Positions 10,795-21,003 of a stretch of DNA of 64,000 nt are shown piece by piece (position 1 is the stretch's first letter; each line of letters begins with the position of its first letter). Both the position numbers and the translations under genes were made by a program. Location: positions 128,001-192,000 of the forward strand of contig JBBDRF010000092.1 in NCBI GenBank assembly GCA_040905565.1. The letters are read 5' to 3'. The notes under the pieces were generated by a model that did not search any database, was not told where the DNA came from, and worked only from the letters and a program-made list of their open reading frames with translations. The stretch is from Phycisphaeraceae bacterium (GTDB lineage Bacteria > Planctomycetota > Phycisphaerae > Phycisphaerales > Zrk34).

Positions 10795-12213
10795 ATGTTT
10801 GATCGGATGATCGGTCGCTTTTCGGGCGTGGTGGTTTCTGGGTTGGCCGTGGCGATGGTGGGATGGCTCGGGGCTGCGGAGGTGTGCGCGGCAGCGGGTG
10901 AAGGGTGGGGCGAGGTGGGGGTGGCAGAGGTGGAGATCACGCCGGAGTCTGCGGTGCGGCTCAACGGATACGGCAATCGGCGGAAGGAAACCAGCGAGGT
11001 GGTGCAGCCGATTTACGCCAAAGCGCTCGCGTTCGGTGCTGACGATGATCCTGGTGGTCCGTCGGTTCTGGTGACGGCTGATCAGTGCATTGTGCCGGCC
11101 GCTGTGACGCAAGCCATTGCCGAGCGGCTGGAGGAGGAGGCGGGGATTCCGCGGGAGCGGTTTGTGCTGAGCGTCTCGCATTCGCATACGACGCCGATGC
11201 TGACGGGGGCTTCGCCGACCATCTTCGGCCAGCCGATTCCTGCGCCTCACCAGGTGAACATCGACCGTTACACCGATTTCTTCATTGAGCGATGCGTTGA
11301 GGTGGCGCAGGCGGCATTGGCCGACCGCGAGCCGGCGGAGGTTTCGCTGGCGCGTGGCTCAGTGGGTTTCGCGCTGAACCGTCGGTCGCTGCGTGGTGAT
11401 CCGCACGGGCCGAACGATCATGAGTTGCCGACGCTGATCGTGAAGAACGAGGAAGGGGACCTGCGGGCGGTGTACGTGATGTATGCCTGCCACTGCACGG
11501 TTGTCAACGATAATGTTATCACCGGCGACTGGGCGGGCTATACCCAGGAGTTCATTCAGAAGAATCATCCCGAGGCGATCGCATTGGTCAGCATCGGCTG
11601 TGGTGCGGACCAGAATCCCTATCGGGACGGGCCAAGGCTGCAGATGGCTGAGTCGCATGGTCGAGAGATTGCCGACGAGGTGAGTCGCCTGCTGCGCGGC
11701 CCCTGGCGACCGATCGAGCCGAGGGTGACGACGGCGGCGTACCGGGAAATATCATTGGCGTTTGCTGATCACCCGGATCGTGCGGAATGGCAGCGTCGGT
11801 CCGGCGGGTCGAGCTACCCCGCGTACCATGCGCAACGCAACCTCGAACGTCTCGATCGCGGCGAACCGCTGCCGACTCATTTGGACTATCCGATCCAGAC
11901 GTGGCAGCTGGGCGAAGGCGATCTGGCGATGGTGTTTCTGGCCGGCGAGGTGGTTGTCGACTACGCACTGCGCCTTAAGCGCGAACTGGATGCGGACCGG
12001 CTCTGGGTTACTGCTTATGCCAACGACGTGTCCTGCTATATTCCCTCTGAGCGTGTGCTGCGGGAGGGCGGATATGAGGGGGCTGGCGCGATGGCTGTTT
12101 ACGATCAGCCCGCACCGTTTGCGCCAGGGCTGGAGGATCAGATCGTTGGCGAAGTGCGCGAGCAGCTGAGCGAGACGTTTGAAACGCAGCTCGGCGTCGA
12201 TGCGACACGGTAA
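10795..12213 (+). CDS. Neutral/alkaline ceramidase-like metallohydrolase
   Basis: RLNGYGNR, SHSHTTP, YACHCT, GCGADQNP, FLAGEVVVDY and YIPS....EGGYE motifs. AGGAG RBS; alternative start at 10747. Confidence 0.8.
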   Translation: MFDRMIGRFSGVVVSGLAVAMVGWLGAAEVCAAAGEGWGEVGVAEVEITPESAVRLNGYGNRRKETSEVVQPIYAKALAFGADDDPGGPSVLVTADQCIVPAAVTQAIAERLEEEAGIPRERFVLSVSHSHTTPMLTGASPTIFGQPIPAPHQVNIDRYTDFFIERCVEVAQAALADREPAEVSLARGSVGFALNRRSLRGDPHGPNDHELPTLIVKNEEGDLRAVYVMYACHCTVVNDNVITGDWAGYTQEFIQKNHPEAIALVSIGCGADQNPYRDGPRLQMAESHGREIADEVSRLLRGPWRPIEPRVTTAAYREISLAFADHPDRAEWQRRSGGSSYPAYHAQRNLERLDRGEPLPTHLDYPIQTWQLGEGDLAMVFLAGEVVVDYALRLKRELDADRLWVTAYANDVSCYIPSERVLREGGYEGAGAMAVYDQPAPFAPGLEDQIVGEVREQLSETFETQLGVDATR

Positions 12214-12281
12214 CCTCGAAGCCTTGAGACGGACGGCGAGAGGCGGGGTCTACCAGCCTCGTTTGTTTTTGGAGAGTGTGC

Positions 12282-14789
12282 ATGCATCATGTGAAACGGT
12301 GGGCCTTGGTTGTTGTGCTGGTGGGCCTCATCGCACCGGCTGTGGGGCAGCGCGGCGACCGCGATCCGGTCGACGAAAGCGAGCCGCTTGAGTCGTGGGA
12401 TATTCCAGAATCGCCGGTACGCACGGCGGAGGAGACGATGGCGACGTTCGAGTTGCCGCCGGGGTTTCGTGTTGAGTTGGTCGCCGCTGAGCCGTTGCTG
12501 CACGATCCGATTGCGATAGATTTCGGCCTTGATGGCCGACTGTGGGTCGTGGAGTTACCGTCGTACAACTGGGATTATCGTGAGCACTTGCCGGGCTATG
12601 AATCGGAGCCACCGCCGCCGGGCCGTGTGGTCGTGCTCGAGGATACGAACGGCGACGGGCAGATGGATCAGCGTACGGTTTTCCTTGATGACCTGGAGAA
12701 TCCGCGTTCTGTGACTCTGGTTGGGGACGGCGTGCTAGTGACGGATTCGCCTCGGGTCTACTACTGCCGTGACACGACGGGGGACGGCAAGGCCGATGAG
12801 AAGACGGTGGTTCTCGAGGATTTTGGTCAGAACGCCAATCCCCATGCGAGCCCGAACCTGCTCTTTCGCGCAATGGACAACTGGCACTACGGCGTGGCGT
12901 GGCCGGCCCGGCTGCGGTGGGTCGATGGCCGCTTCGAACGTGATGAGCCCATCGTGCCGCGCGGCCAATGGGGGATGACGCAGGACAACTTTGGCAGGCT
13001 CTACTACGGCCGCAACACCGATCCCGCGCGCGGCGATGTGATGCCGCCTGCTTACTGGCGGGCGAATCCGAACCACGGCGAGCCGGCGGGGATCAACGTC
13101 CGCTTCGGCCATGATCTGACGGTGTGGCCTCATGACGTTACGCCTGGTGTGAATCGGCGCAACCATCTTCGCGACGACGGGACGTTGAGATCGTTCACCG
13201 CCAACGCTGGGCTGAACCTCTACCGGGGCGACCAGTTTCCGAAAGATTTTTACGGTGACCTTTTCGTTCCCGAGCCTGCCGCCAATTTGATCCGACGCTA
13301 TCGCCTCAGCGAGCGCGACGGTGAGATCACTGCTGAGAATGCTTACGATCAGCGTGAGTTCCTGTTCTCGCATGACGAGCGGTTTCGCCCGGTCAGCCTC
13401 AGCACCGCCCCGGACGGTTCGATCTACGTCGTTGATATGTACCGGGGCATTATTGAGGGGCATCTGTTCATCACGACGTTCCTGCGGAACCAGATTGTCG
13501 ACCGCGATCTGCATCAGCCCTTTGAGGGCCTTGGCCGCATATACCGCATTGTTCATGAAGAGGGGCCGGCGAACACAGCTGTTCCGCCCATGCACGAACA
13601 GGACGCGAGCGAACTCGTCGCTCATCTCAACCATCCCAACGGCTGGTGGCGTGATACCGCACAGCGTGTGCTCGTTGAACGACGGGACGAAGGGGCGGTT
13701 CCGGCTTTGAGGCAGTTGGCTGGACATGCCGATCAGCCGGCGACGCGGGTTCAGGCACTGTGGACGCTTGAGGGGATCGACGCCCTTGCCGCGGGCACGG
13801 TGAAGCGGGCCCTGGCGGATGAGTCGCATCATGTTCGGATGGCTGGGCTGCGGCTGTCTGCTGATTTTCTTGACGATGCTGCGACGCGCGATGCGGTTGT
13901 GGCACTGGCTGACGATGAGCGTATTGAAGTGCGGCGGCTGGTGCTGCTGGCGCTCGGCGAGAGCGGGGATGAGCGGGCGGAAAGGGTGATGGCGGAGGTG
14001 CTTCATGGTGACCTTGAGCGTCCGTTCGTGATTGATGCAGCGATGAGCGGACTCGCCGGCCGTGAGCTTAGGTTCCTCCATCGGCTCAGCACCGACGACG
14101 TCTGGAAGGAACAGACCCCCGCACGGTCGCGGCTTTTCCAGGTGCTGGCGGCTGCGGTTGTGCGCGAAGGCGACGGTGAACGAATCGTTCGCCTGCTGAG
14201 CCTGGCGGGTGACAGTAGCGGCCGGCCGGTATGGATGCGTGAGGCTCTGCTGGATGGCGTGATGGTCGGGGCTGAGAAACAGCTGGCGGTGGAGCCGGAA
14301 GCGTTCGGGCCAGCCCTGAGTTCTCAGGCTGAGGGCATTCGTGAGCGGGCGTTGCGCATCATGAACGAGAGACTTGGCGAAGAAATGATGCAGCCTGAGC
14401 CGACCGAAGGGCTCAGCAAGGAGGACCTGCAACGCCTGGAGATCGGTCGCGCGCACTACGCCATCTGCTCTGCCTGTCACGGTCCGCAGGGGCAGGGCAT
14501 CGCCGATGTGGCGCCCTCGCTTGCGGATTCTGAGCGGGTTGCCGGCAGCGACCAGGCCCTGGCACGGATTGTCCTGCACGGCCTGGAGAGCAATGCTGAC
14601 TATCCCGCCATGACGCCTCTGCCCGGGCTCGATGACGAGAGCATCGCAGCGGTCCTCACCTACCTGCGTCGGTCATGGGGTCACCGCGCCGGCCCTGTTG
14701 ATCCCGCCAGCATTAAAGAGGTGCGCAAGCAGACGAGAGATCGTCACGCCCCTTGGACAGGGGAAGAGCTTGACGCGTTCCGCGAGTAG
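12282..14789 (+). CDS. PVC-type beta-propeller/HEAT/cytochrome c protein
   Basis: Signal peptide; LPPGFRVELVAAEPL, RGQWG, DERFRPV...APDGSIYVVDMYRG; haem motif CSACH with distal Met (AMTP). Confidence 0.85.
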   Translation: MHHVKRWALVVVLVGLIAPAVGQRGDRDPVDESEPLESWDIPESPVRTAEETMATFELPPGFRVELVAAEPLLHDPIAIDFGLDGRLWVVELPSYNWDYREHLPGYESEPPPPGRVVVLEDTNGDGQMDQRTVFLDDLENPRSVTLVGDGVLVTDSPRVYYCRDTTGDGKADEKTVVLEDFGQNANPHASPNLLFRAMDNWHYGVAWPARLRWVDGRFERDEPIVPRGQWGMTQDNFGRLYYGRNTDPARGDVMPPAYWRANPNHGEPAGINVRFGHDLTVWPHDVTPGVNRRNHLRDDGTLRSFTANAGLNLYRGDQFPKDFYGDLFVPEPAANLIRRYRLSERDGEITAENAYDQREFLFSHDERFRPVSLSTAPDGSIYVVDMYRGIIEGHLFITTFLRNQIVDRDLHQPFEGLGRIYRIVHEEGPANTAVPPMHEQDASELVAHLNHPNGWWRDTAQRVLVERRDEGAVPALRQLAGHADQPATRVQALWTLEGIDALAAGTVKRALADESHHVRMAGLRLSADFLDDAATRDAVVALADDERIEVRRLVLLALGESGDERAERVMAEVLHGDLERPFVIDAAMSGLAGRELRFLHRLSTDDVWKEQTPARSRLFQVLAAAVVREGDGERIVRLLSLAGDSSGRPVWMREALLDGVMVGAEKQLAVEPEAFGPALSSQAEGIRERALRIMNERLGEEMMQPEPTEGLSKEDLQRLEIGRAHYAICSACHGPQGQGIADVAPSLADSERVAGSDQALARIVLHGLESNADYPAMTPLPGLDDESIAAVLTYLRRSWGHRAGPVDPASIKEVRKQTRDRHAPWTGEELDAFRE

Positions 14790-14916
14790 CGACGCGTCGG
14801 TCACGCATCAGTGTCGGCCGAGTTGGTGCGACCTGAGGTGGGAACATGCAACAGCGAAGTTTGTAGAGTGAAAACTGCGTCTGAGGAATCACGTCATCGG
14901 ATTTGGAGCACGTGCT

Positions 14917-16758
14917 ATGCATAGCTGGCGTCGAGGATATGTGGTGGTGGCGGCTCTCGCTTTGATGCTCGGCCTTGCCTGCGAGGCGTGGGCCGGCGAA
15001 GCCGTATCGAAAGTCGGCGTAGCGCGGGCAGACATTACGCCCCAGGGCCCTATCCGGCTAACCGGCTACGGCAACCGAACCGAGGAAGCGACCGAGGTTC
15101 TTCAGCCGCTGCAGGCCAAAGCGCTGGCGATCGAGACAGCCGACGGCACGCTTTCAATCCTGATGACGGTGGACCTGCTCGGCGTGTCGCGGGAACTGAC
15201 CGAAGCACTCGCCGATCGCCTGAAAGATCGTGTGGGCCTGCAACGTGAGCACCTCGCGATCTGCGCCACGCACACGCACACCGGTCCGATGATCACCGAC
15301 GTAGCTCCCGCCATTTTCGGCGGGCCACTACCCGATGATCAGCAGCAGCGTGTGGATGCCTACACCCGGGACTTGCTGGACAAACTCGAAACACTGGCGC
15401 TGGATGCGATCGAAGATCGGCGGGAGGCCCGGCTGGCGTGGGGCCAGGGCAGCGTGGACTTCGCCGTGAATCGACGGCATATCGTCGACGGTCGCTGGGC
15501 CGGGTGGACCGCGATTCCAAACGTCTACGTCGATCACGACATGCCCCTCCTCGCGGTGAAAAACCCTGACGGAACACTGCGAGCCGTGCTGGTGAATTAT
15601 GCGTGCCACTGCACAACCCTCGTCGGTGCCCACAACGACATCCACGGCGACTGGGCCGGTGAAGCCGCCGCACGCATCGAAGCCAGCCACGAAGGCGTCG
15701 TTGCGATGATCGCCATCGGGTGCGGTGCCGACGCCAACCCCGAGCCTCGCGGCTCGCTCGAGCACGTCGCACTGCACGGCCAAACCATCGCCGACGAGGT
15801 TGAACGCGTGCTCTCGGACGGCCTCACGCCGCTCGAACAGGGGCCGCACGCCAAGCTGCGACGCGTGGATCTGCCGTTCGCGCCGATCACCCACGAGGAG
15901 CTTGAGCAGCGCAGCCGCGGCGGTCATTTCGCCTACTCCGCCTCCCTGTTTCTCGAGCAGGCCGAACGCGGCGAGCCGGTGCCCACGTCGCTCTCCTACC
16001 CAATCCAACTCTGGCAGTTCGGTGACGATCTGGCCATGTTCTTCCTCGCTGGCGAGGTGGTCGCCGACTACGCCATCCGCATGAAGGCCGAGCTCGATGG
16101 CAGCCGCGTCTGGATGAACGCCTACGTCAACGAATCCCCTAGCTACATCGTCTCGCAACGCATCATCGCCGAGGGCGGCTACGAGGTCGACGACTCCATG
16201 GCCTACTACCACCAGCCCAACCGCTATCAACCGGTGATCGAGCAGATGATCGTGGAGGCGATGCGGGAAATGGTGGACGAGGCCTTCGAACGCCGCTGGC
16301 AAGATGCCCAGCCGGCAGAGTTGAAGCCTGGCAATCAGCCGCGTCTCGTCACGGCCGATGATCAGCGGGAGCTGCGACTGCACGCGGAGGTCGGCACCCC
16401 GTACGGGCCGCGCATCGAGTACATGCCCGAGCAGCAGTGGCAGGCGTTCGGCTGGTGGACTGATCAGGACTACGTGGCGTGGGATATTCAGGTGGATCAG
16501 CCGGGTGAGTACAAGGTGCACAAGACATGGTCGGTCGCCGACGATTCAGCGCAGCGGCCCTACCTGCTGGAGATCGGCGACCAACGGCTGCGCGACTACG
16601 TCCGCCGAACGGGCAGCTGGGAAATTTTCGAGACGCGGCAGGTTGGCACCGTCCACCTCGAGGAAGGCCGGCATCGCTTGAAGGTCAAGCCCGCCGGCGC
16701 GTTCGGTCATGGTGGGCTCATGGACCTGCGCGAGATCCGCCTCGTGCCGGTGGACTGA
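14917..16758 (+). CDS. Ceramidase-like metallohydrolase with C-terminal galactose-binding-like (CBM-like) domain
   Basis: RLTGYGNR, ATHTHTGP, YACHCT and GCGADANP motifs; C-terminal beta-rich GWW...W.I.V..PGEY.V...TGSW...LMDLREIRL. Confidence 0.78.
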   Translation: MHSWRRGYVVVAALALMLGLACEAWAGEAVSKVGVARADITPQGPIRLTGYGNRTEEATEVLQPLQAKALAIETADGTLSILMTVDLLGVSRELTEALADRLKDRVGLQREHLAICATHTHTGPMITDVAPAIFGGPLPDDQQQRVDAYTRDLLDKLETLALDAIEDRREARLAWGQGSVDFAVNRRHIVDGRWAGWTAIPNVYVDHDMPLLAVKNPDGTLRAVLVNYACHCTTLVGAHNDIHGDWAGEAAARIEASHEGVVAMIAIGCGADANPEPRGSLEHVALHGQTIADEVERVLSDGLTPLEQGPHAKLRRVDLPFAPITHEELEQRSRGGHFAYSASLFLEQAERGEPVPTSLSYPIQLWQFGDDLAMFFLAGEVVADYAIRMKAELDGSRVWMNAYVNESPSYIVSQRIIAEGGYEVDDSMAYYHQPNRYQPVIEQMIVEAMREMVDEAFERRWQDAQPAELKPGNQPRLVTADDQRELRLHAEVGTPYGPRIEYMPEQQWQAFGWWTDQDYVAWDIQVDQPGEYKVHKTWSVADDSAQRPYLLEIGDQRLRDYVRRTGSWEIFETRQVGTVHLEEGRHRLKVKPAGAFGHGGLMDLREIRLVPVD

Positions 16759-16800
16759 GAAATTCAAACCCTCACTACGAACAACTCAGGGGGCTGCCGC

Positions 16801-19308
16801 ATGGCACGCTTGCTCTGCATCATCGCGCTTCTGCTCTTGACGCCGCTGCTGGCCGTGGGCGATGCGCGCAAGCCGCGTTTCGAAATCGATAGCGACCGGC
16901 CGCCGGCCGACTGGGTGCTACGGCCGGCAAAGGTAAACACGCCGGAGCAGAGCATCGCGAGCTTCGATCTGCCCCCCGGCTTCCGCGCCGAAGTCGTCGC
17001 AGCCGAGCCACTCGTCCAGGACCCCATCGCCATGGTCTTCGGGCCCGATGGGCGGCTATGGGTCATCGAGTACCCAGCCTACAACTGGGAGTACCGCGAA
17101 AAACTCGGGCTGCCCAGCCAGCCACCTCCCGGCGGAAGGGTAGTGGTCCTCGACGATACAACCGGCGACGGTCAGATGGATCATCGCACGGTCTTCCTGG
17201 ATGATCTGGACAACGCACGCGCCCTCGCCCTGGTGGCCGACGGGGTACTCGTGGGTCAGCCCCCGGACCTCTGGTTCTATCGCGATACCACAGGCGACGG
17301 CCACGCAGACCAACGCGAAAAGCTCTTCGACGATTACGGCCCGCTCACCACCGTTCACGCCCAGCCAAGCGGCCTGCTGCGGGCGATGGACAACTGGATC
17401 TACAGCACACGCTACACCGCACGCCTGCGCTGGCGGGATGGACAATGGATACGCGACGAGCCGATCGTCGCACGCGGACAGTGGGGCATCTCGCAGGACA
17501 ACCACGGACGACTTTTCTACAACACCCAAACCGACCCGCTACGCGGCGACGTCCTGCCGCCGGTCTACTGGCGACGCAATCCCAACTGGCAAAATCCGGC
17601 CGGCCTCAATGTGCGCTTCGCGCACGACCTGCGCGACATCCAACCACATGAAGCCACGCCCGGCGTGAACCAACGCTGGGACGGATTCCTCGACCCCCAG
17701 GGCAGGCTCGCCCACTTCACGTCGTCCGGCTCGCCCATGATCTACCGCGGTGACCATTTCTCCCCCGATTTGGTGGGTGACGCATTCGTCTGCGTGCCAG
17801 CCGGCAACCTCATCCGCCACTATCAACTGGCGCCCAATGAAGACGGCTCAGTGACAGCTGCCAACGCCTATGAGGGCCATGAATATCTCTTCTCCCACGA
17901 CGAGCGGGTGCGCCCGGTGCAGGTCAGCACGGGGCCCGACGGCGCTTTGTACGTCGTCGATATGCATCGCGGCATTATCGAGGGCCACACCTGGATTACC
18001 GACATCACACGGGACTACATCATCAAGCGGCAACTGCATGAGCCGTTCAACGGGCTCGGCAGAATCTACCGCATTGTTCAGGATGATCGCCCCCGGGAGG
18101 AACCGCCGGATCTTGCCGACCTTGCACCGAGCGACTGGGTCAACGCACTCGCGCACACCAACGGCTGGCGCCGCGACACAGCCCAACGACTGCTCGTCGA
18201 GCACGATGCAGATGAGCGCGTCACCCAGGCCATTCGCGAACTCGCAGCAAACCAGGAGGTGCAGCCTCACATACGCCTCCACGCACTGTGGACACTCGAA
18301 GGCCTCGACGCACTCGCACGTGACGACGTGATACAAGGCCTCGCCGACCCCGCCCCCGAAGTACGGGCGGCGGCCCTGCGGCTGGCCGAACGCTGGCTCG
18401 ATGAGCCGGCAATCCTCTCCGCAGTTGTGGCCCTGCACGACGACGCGCACCTCCAGGTCCGGCGCCAACTGCTACTCACCCTCGGTGAAACCCGGGACGC
18501 GAAAGCCGAGGCGGCCATGCGGCGGCTGCTGCTGGAGCACGGCAGCGACCATCTCATGGCGGAGGCGGCCGTCACCGGCCTCCACGGTCGAGAGTTGAAC
18601 TTCCTCGCCGCCATCATCGACGATCCCGCATCCGTCGGGCCGCCGCCCGGCCTTGAGCACCTGGTGGCGTTGCTCGCTACGGCCGTCACCAACGAAGGCG
18701 ACCCAACCCGCCTCGGCAACCTCGCAGCACTCGTCGGAAGGGCGGAAGGGTGGTGGCGATCCCCGATTCTGGCGGGCATCGCCGAGGGGCGCACGGCGAA
18801 CCTTACCGAGTCCGATGAAGCCCTTCGCATGCTCTTGAACTTGCCGGATGATCAAATGCGCGAGCAGGCGACAGCACTGATCGCCACGATCGAGACGGAG
18901 CCGATCGCGACGGGGGTCGATCCTGAAAAGCTGGAAGAGTCCGTCCGTCTGCTATACGACCGTGGCCGAACGGGCTACCTCATCTGTGCCGCCTGCCATC
19001 AGACCGATGGTGGCGGCTTCGAAGGCGTCGCGCCGCCGTTGGTCGGTTCGCCATGGCTCGAGCGCGATGCAGGCGGCATGATCCGCATCGTCCTCCACGG
19101 CTACTCCGATCGCGATGCCTTCCCGCCCATGTCGCCGCTGATCGGCCTAGATGATGACCAGATCGCGGCGATCTTGACTTATTTGAGGCTCACCCTGGCG
19201 GAGAACCCAACGCCCGTGCAACCGGAGCAGGTAAGGCACGTGCGTGAGCAGCCACGCAACCAACTCCTGCCCTGGGACCGTGAGACGTTGGAGGCGCTGA
19301 TCGAGTAA
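16801..19308 (+). CDS. PVC-type beta-propeller/HEAT/cytochrome c protein, paralog of 12282..14789
   Basis: Shares YNW.YRE, RAMDNW, DEPIV.RGQWG and LFSHDER.RPV with its paralog; haem motif CAACH. Confidence 0.85.
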   Translation: MARLLCIIALLLLTPLLAVGDARKPRFEIDSDRPPADWVLRPAKVNTPEQSIASFDLPPGFRAEVVAAEPLVQDPIAMVFGPDGRLWVIEYPAYNWEYREKLGLPSQPPPGGRVVVLDDTTGDGQMDHRTVFLDDLDNARALALVADGVLVGQPPDLWFYRDTTGDGHADQREKLFDDYGPLTTVHAQPSGLLRAMDNWIYSTRYTARLRWRDGQWIRDEPIVARGQWGISQDNHGRLFYNTQTDPLRGDVLPPVYWRRNPNWQNPAGLNVRFAHDLRDIQPHEATPGVNQRWDGFLDPQGRLAHFTSSGSPMIYRGDHFSPDLVGDAFVCVPAGNLIRHYQLAPNEDGSVTAANAYEGHEYLFSHDERVRPVQVSTGPDGALYVVDMHRGIIEGHTWITDITRDYIIKRQLHEPFNGLGRIYRIVQDDRPREEPPDLADLAPSDWVNALAHTNGWRRDTAQRLLVEHDADERVTQAIRELAANQEVQPHIRLHALWTLEGLDALARDDVIQGLADPAPEVRAAALRLAERWLDEPAILSAVVALHDDAHLQVRRQLLLTLGETRDAKAEAAMRRLLLEHGSDHLMAEAAVTGLHGRELNFLAAIIDDPASVGPPPGLEHLVALLATAVTNEGDPTRLGNLAALVGRAEGWWRSPILAGIAEGRTANLTESDEALRMLLNLPDDQMREQATALIATIETEPIATGVDPEKLEESVRLLYDRGRTGYLICAACHQTDGGGFEGVAPPLVGSPWLERDAGGMIRIVLHGYSDRDAFPPMSPLIGLDDDQIAAILTYLRLTLAENPTPVQPEQVRHVREQPRNQLLPWDRETLEALIE

Positions 19309-19364
19309 TTCCCCAACGCGGGCCGGCGGCAACCAGCGCACCACGGCGGCCCGCAGCACGCCCT

Positions 19365-20684
19365 TCATCGAACGATATCCCAACCATCCCGATAGTCGCG
19401 CCGCAGCAGTGCCTCGGCCTCGTCCGCGCCAGAAATGCGCATCGACTCCGGGTCCCACGTAATTGCCTTGCCCGTGCGGTAGGCGATGTTCCCCAGGTGG
19501 TTCATTTCCGTGAGGCGGCCGCCATATCCGAAATGCGCTTTCGTCTGCGGTCCGCCCTTGCACGCCCGAATCCACTCCGCATGATGACCGGGCGAGTCCT
19601 CAATCCACGGCTCGGGCCTCTGAAAATCAGCGAACTGATCCTCCGGCAGCAGCACGTGCCGACCGTAGTCCGAAAGCAGCCGTCCCTTCTCGCCGACGAA
19701 CACTACACCGCTGTTCCAGCCTTCGGGCAGGGCAGGCCCTTTGTACTTCGGCGGATGATCGCTTCCCTGCGTCCAGTAAAGATCTACAGCCGGCAGATCG
19801 CCTCGCTCATCGAACCCATACCGCGCCGTGAAGCTCGCCGGCGCCGTCTCGGCATGCACCGGCGGCCCCTCCGCTTCAATGCGTTTCGGAGCGTCAAGCT
19901 TCAACGCCCAGAACGGCAAATCATTCCAGTGACTGCCCAGGTCGGTGCCCGTCCCGCCCGCAAAATCCCAGAACTTGTACCACCCCGGCCGGCCCATGTA
20001 CGAACCATGATACGGCCGCTCAGGTGCGCCCCCAATCCACAGATTCCAATCCAGCCCATCCGGCACGGCTTCGCTACCAGCCGGCCTGTCTCCGCCGCCC
20101 CACGCCCGGTCAACCCATACGTGCGCCTCACGCACCGGACCAATCGCGCCACTCTGGATAAGCTCAACCACGCGCCGATAGTTCGAGCCGGCTTGAATCT
20201 GAATCCCCATTTGCGTCGCGAGATTCGGCTTCGCCGCCGCCGCCTCGCGCACCTTTCTCGCTTCCCATATCGAATGCGTCAACGGCTTCTCACAGTACAC
20301 GTGCAGGTCCAGATCAAGCGCCATGAGCGTCGGCAGCGCGTGACTATGGTCCGGCACAGAAATCACCACCGCATCAAGATCCCGCTTCGCCTGCAGCATC
20401 TCGCGATAGTCGCTGTACTGCCGGGCGTCGGGATGCCGCTCGCCCCCCGCAGCAAGCACGCCGCGATTGAGATCGCACAAAGCGACAATGTTATTGCCAC
20501 CCTGGACGTTCCCGAGGTTGCTGGCCCCGCGCCCGCCCGTGCCGATGATGCCGATGTTCAGCTTCTCATTGGCCGACGCCGCCCGCACCAGTCCCGGCAC
20601 CGCGCCCACCGCAAGCGCGGATGACAAGATAAAAGTGCGCCGCCCCATCCGTCCGCCCTGTCGAATCATCCGCTGGCTGCTCAT
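19365..20684 (-). CDS. Gfo/Idh/MocA oxidoreductase, Tat-exported
   Basis: GRRTFI twin-arginine motif; IGIIGTGGRG; PDHSH; HVYCEKPL. Confidence 0.9.
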   Translation of the reverse strand: MSSQRMIRQGGRMGRRTFILSSALAVGAVPGLVRAASANEKLNIGIIGTGGRGASNLGNVQGGNNIVALCDLNRGVLAAGGERHPDARQYSDYREMLQAKRDLDAVVISVPDHSHALPTLMALDLDLHVYCEKPLTHSIWEARKVREAAAAKPNLATQMGIQIQAGSNYRRVVELIQSGAIGPVREAHVWVDRAWGGGDRPAGSEAVPDGLDWNLWIGGAPERPYHGSYMGRPGWYKFWDFAGGTGTDLGSHWNDLPFWALKLDAPKRIEAEGPPVHAETAPASFTARYGFDERGDLPAVDLYWTQGSDHPPKYKGPALPEGWNSGVVFVGEKGRLLSDYGRHVLLPEDQFADFQRPEPWIEDSPGHHAEWIRACKGGPQTKAHFGYGGRLTEMNHLGNIAYRTGKAITWDPESMRISGADEAEALLRRDYRDGWDIVR

Positions 20685-21003
20685 CTGCGTGCTCCTGTTG
20701 AACGTGATGCCCGTGATTGACGCCCACCGATACTCACCAGAACGCGAATCCCCACGACCTCAGCGGCCTCAGGGTGCCCACTCAATCGCGGCATCGGCGA
20801 TCCCTGAAGAAGATGATGAGTCGTCGAAGGCTACGTTGTATACTGTCTCAGCGTCAACACCTGTTGCAGCTAGCGGCATCTGGAACAGCCCCTCCGCGCA
20901 AAGGCACCGCAAGTGCAGCAAGGCGGTTCCGCACATTTCAAGCCGCCACCGAACGACGCGGCCAACGCCGCCGACATAGTATATCGTACGCCAAAGGCAT
21001 CGG

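Noticed and set aside
12735..14579. Long antisense ORFs (this 614-aa one and similar ones elsewhere)
   Set aside because: They are shadows of high-GC genes on the opposite strand and lack recognisable motifs.
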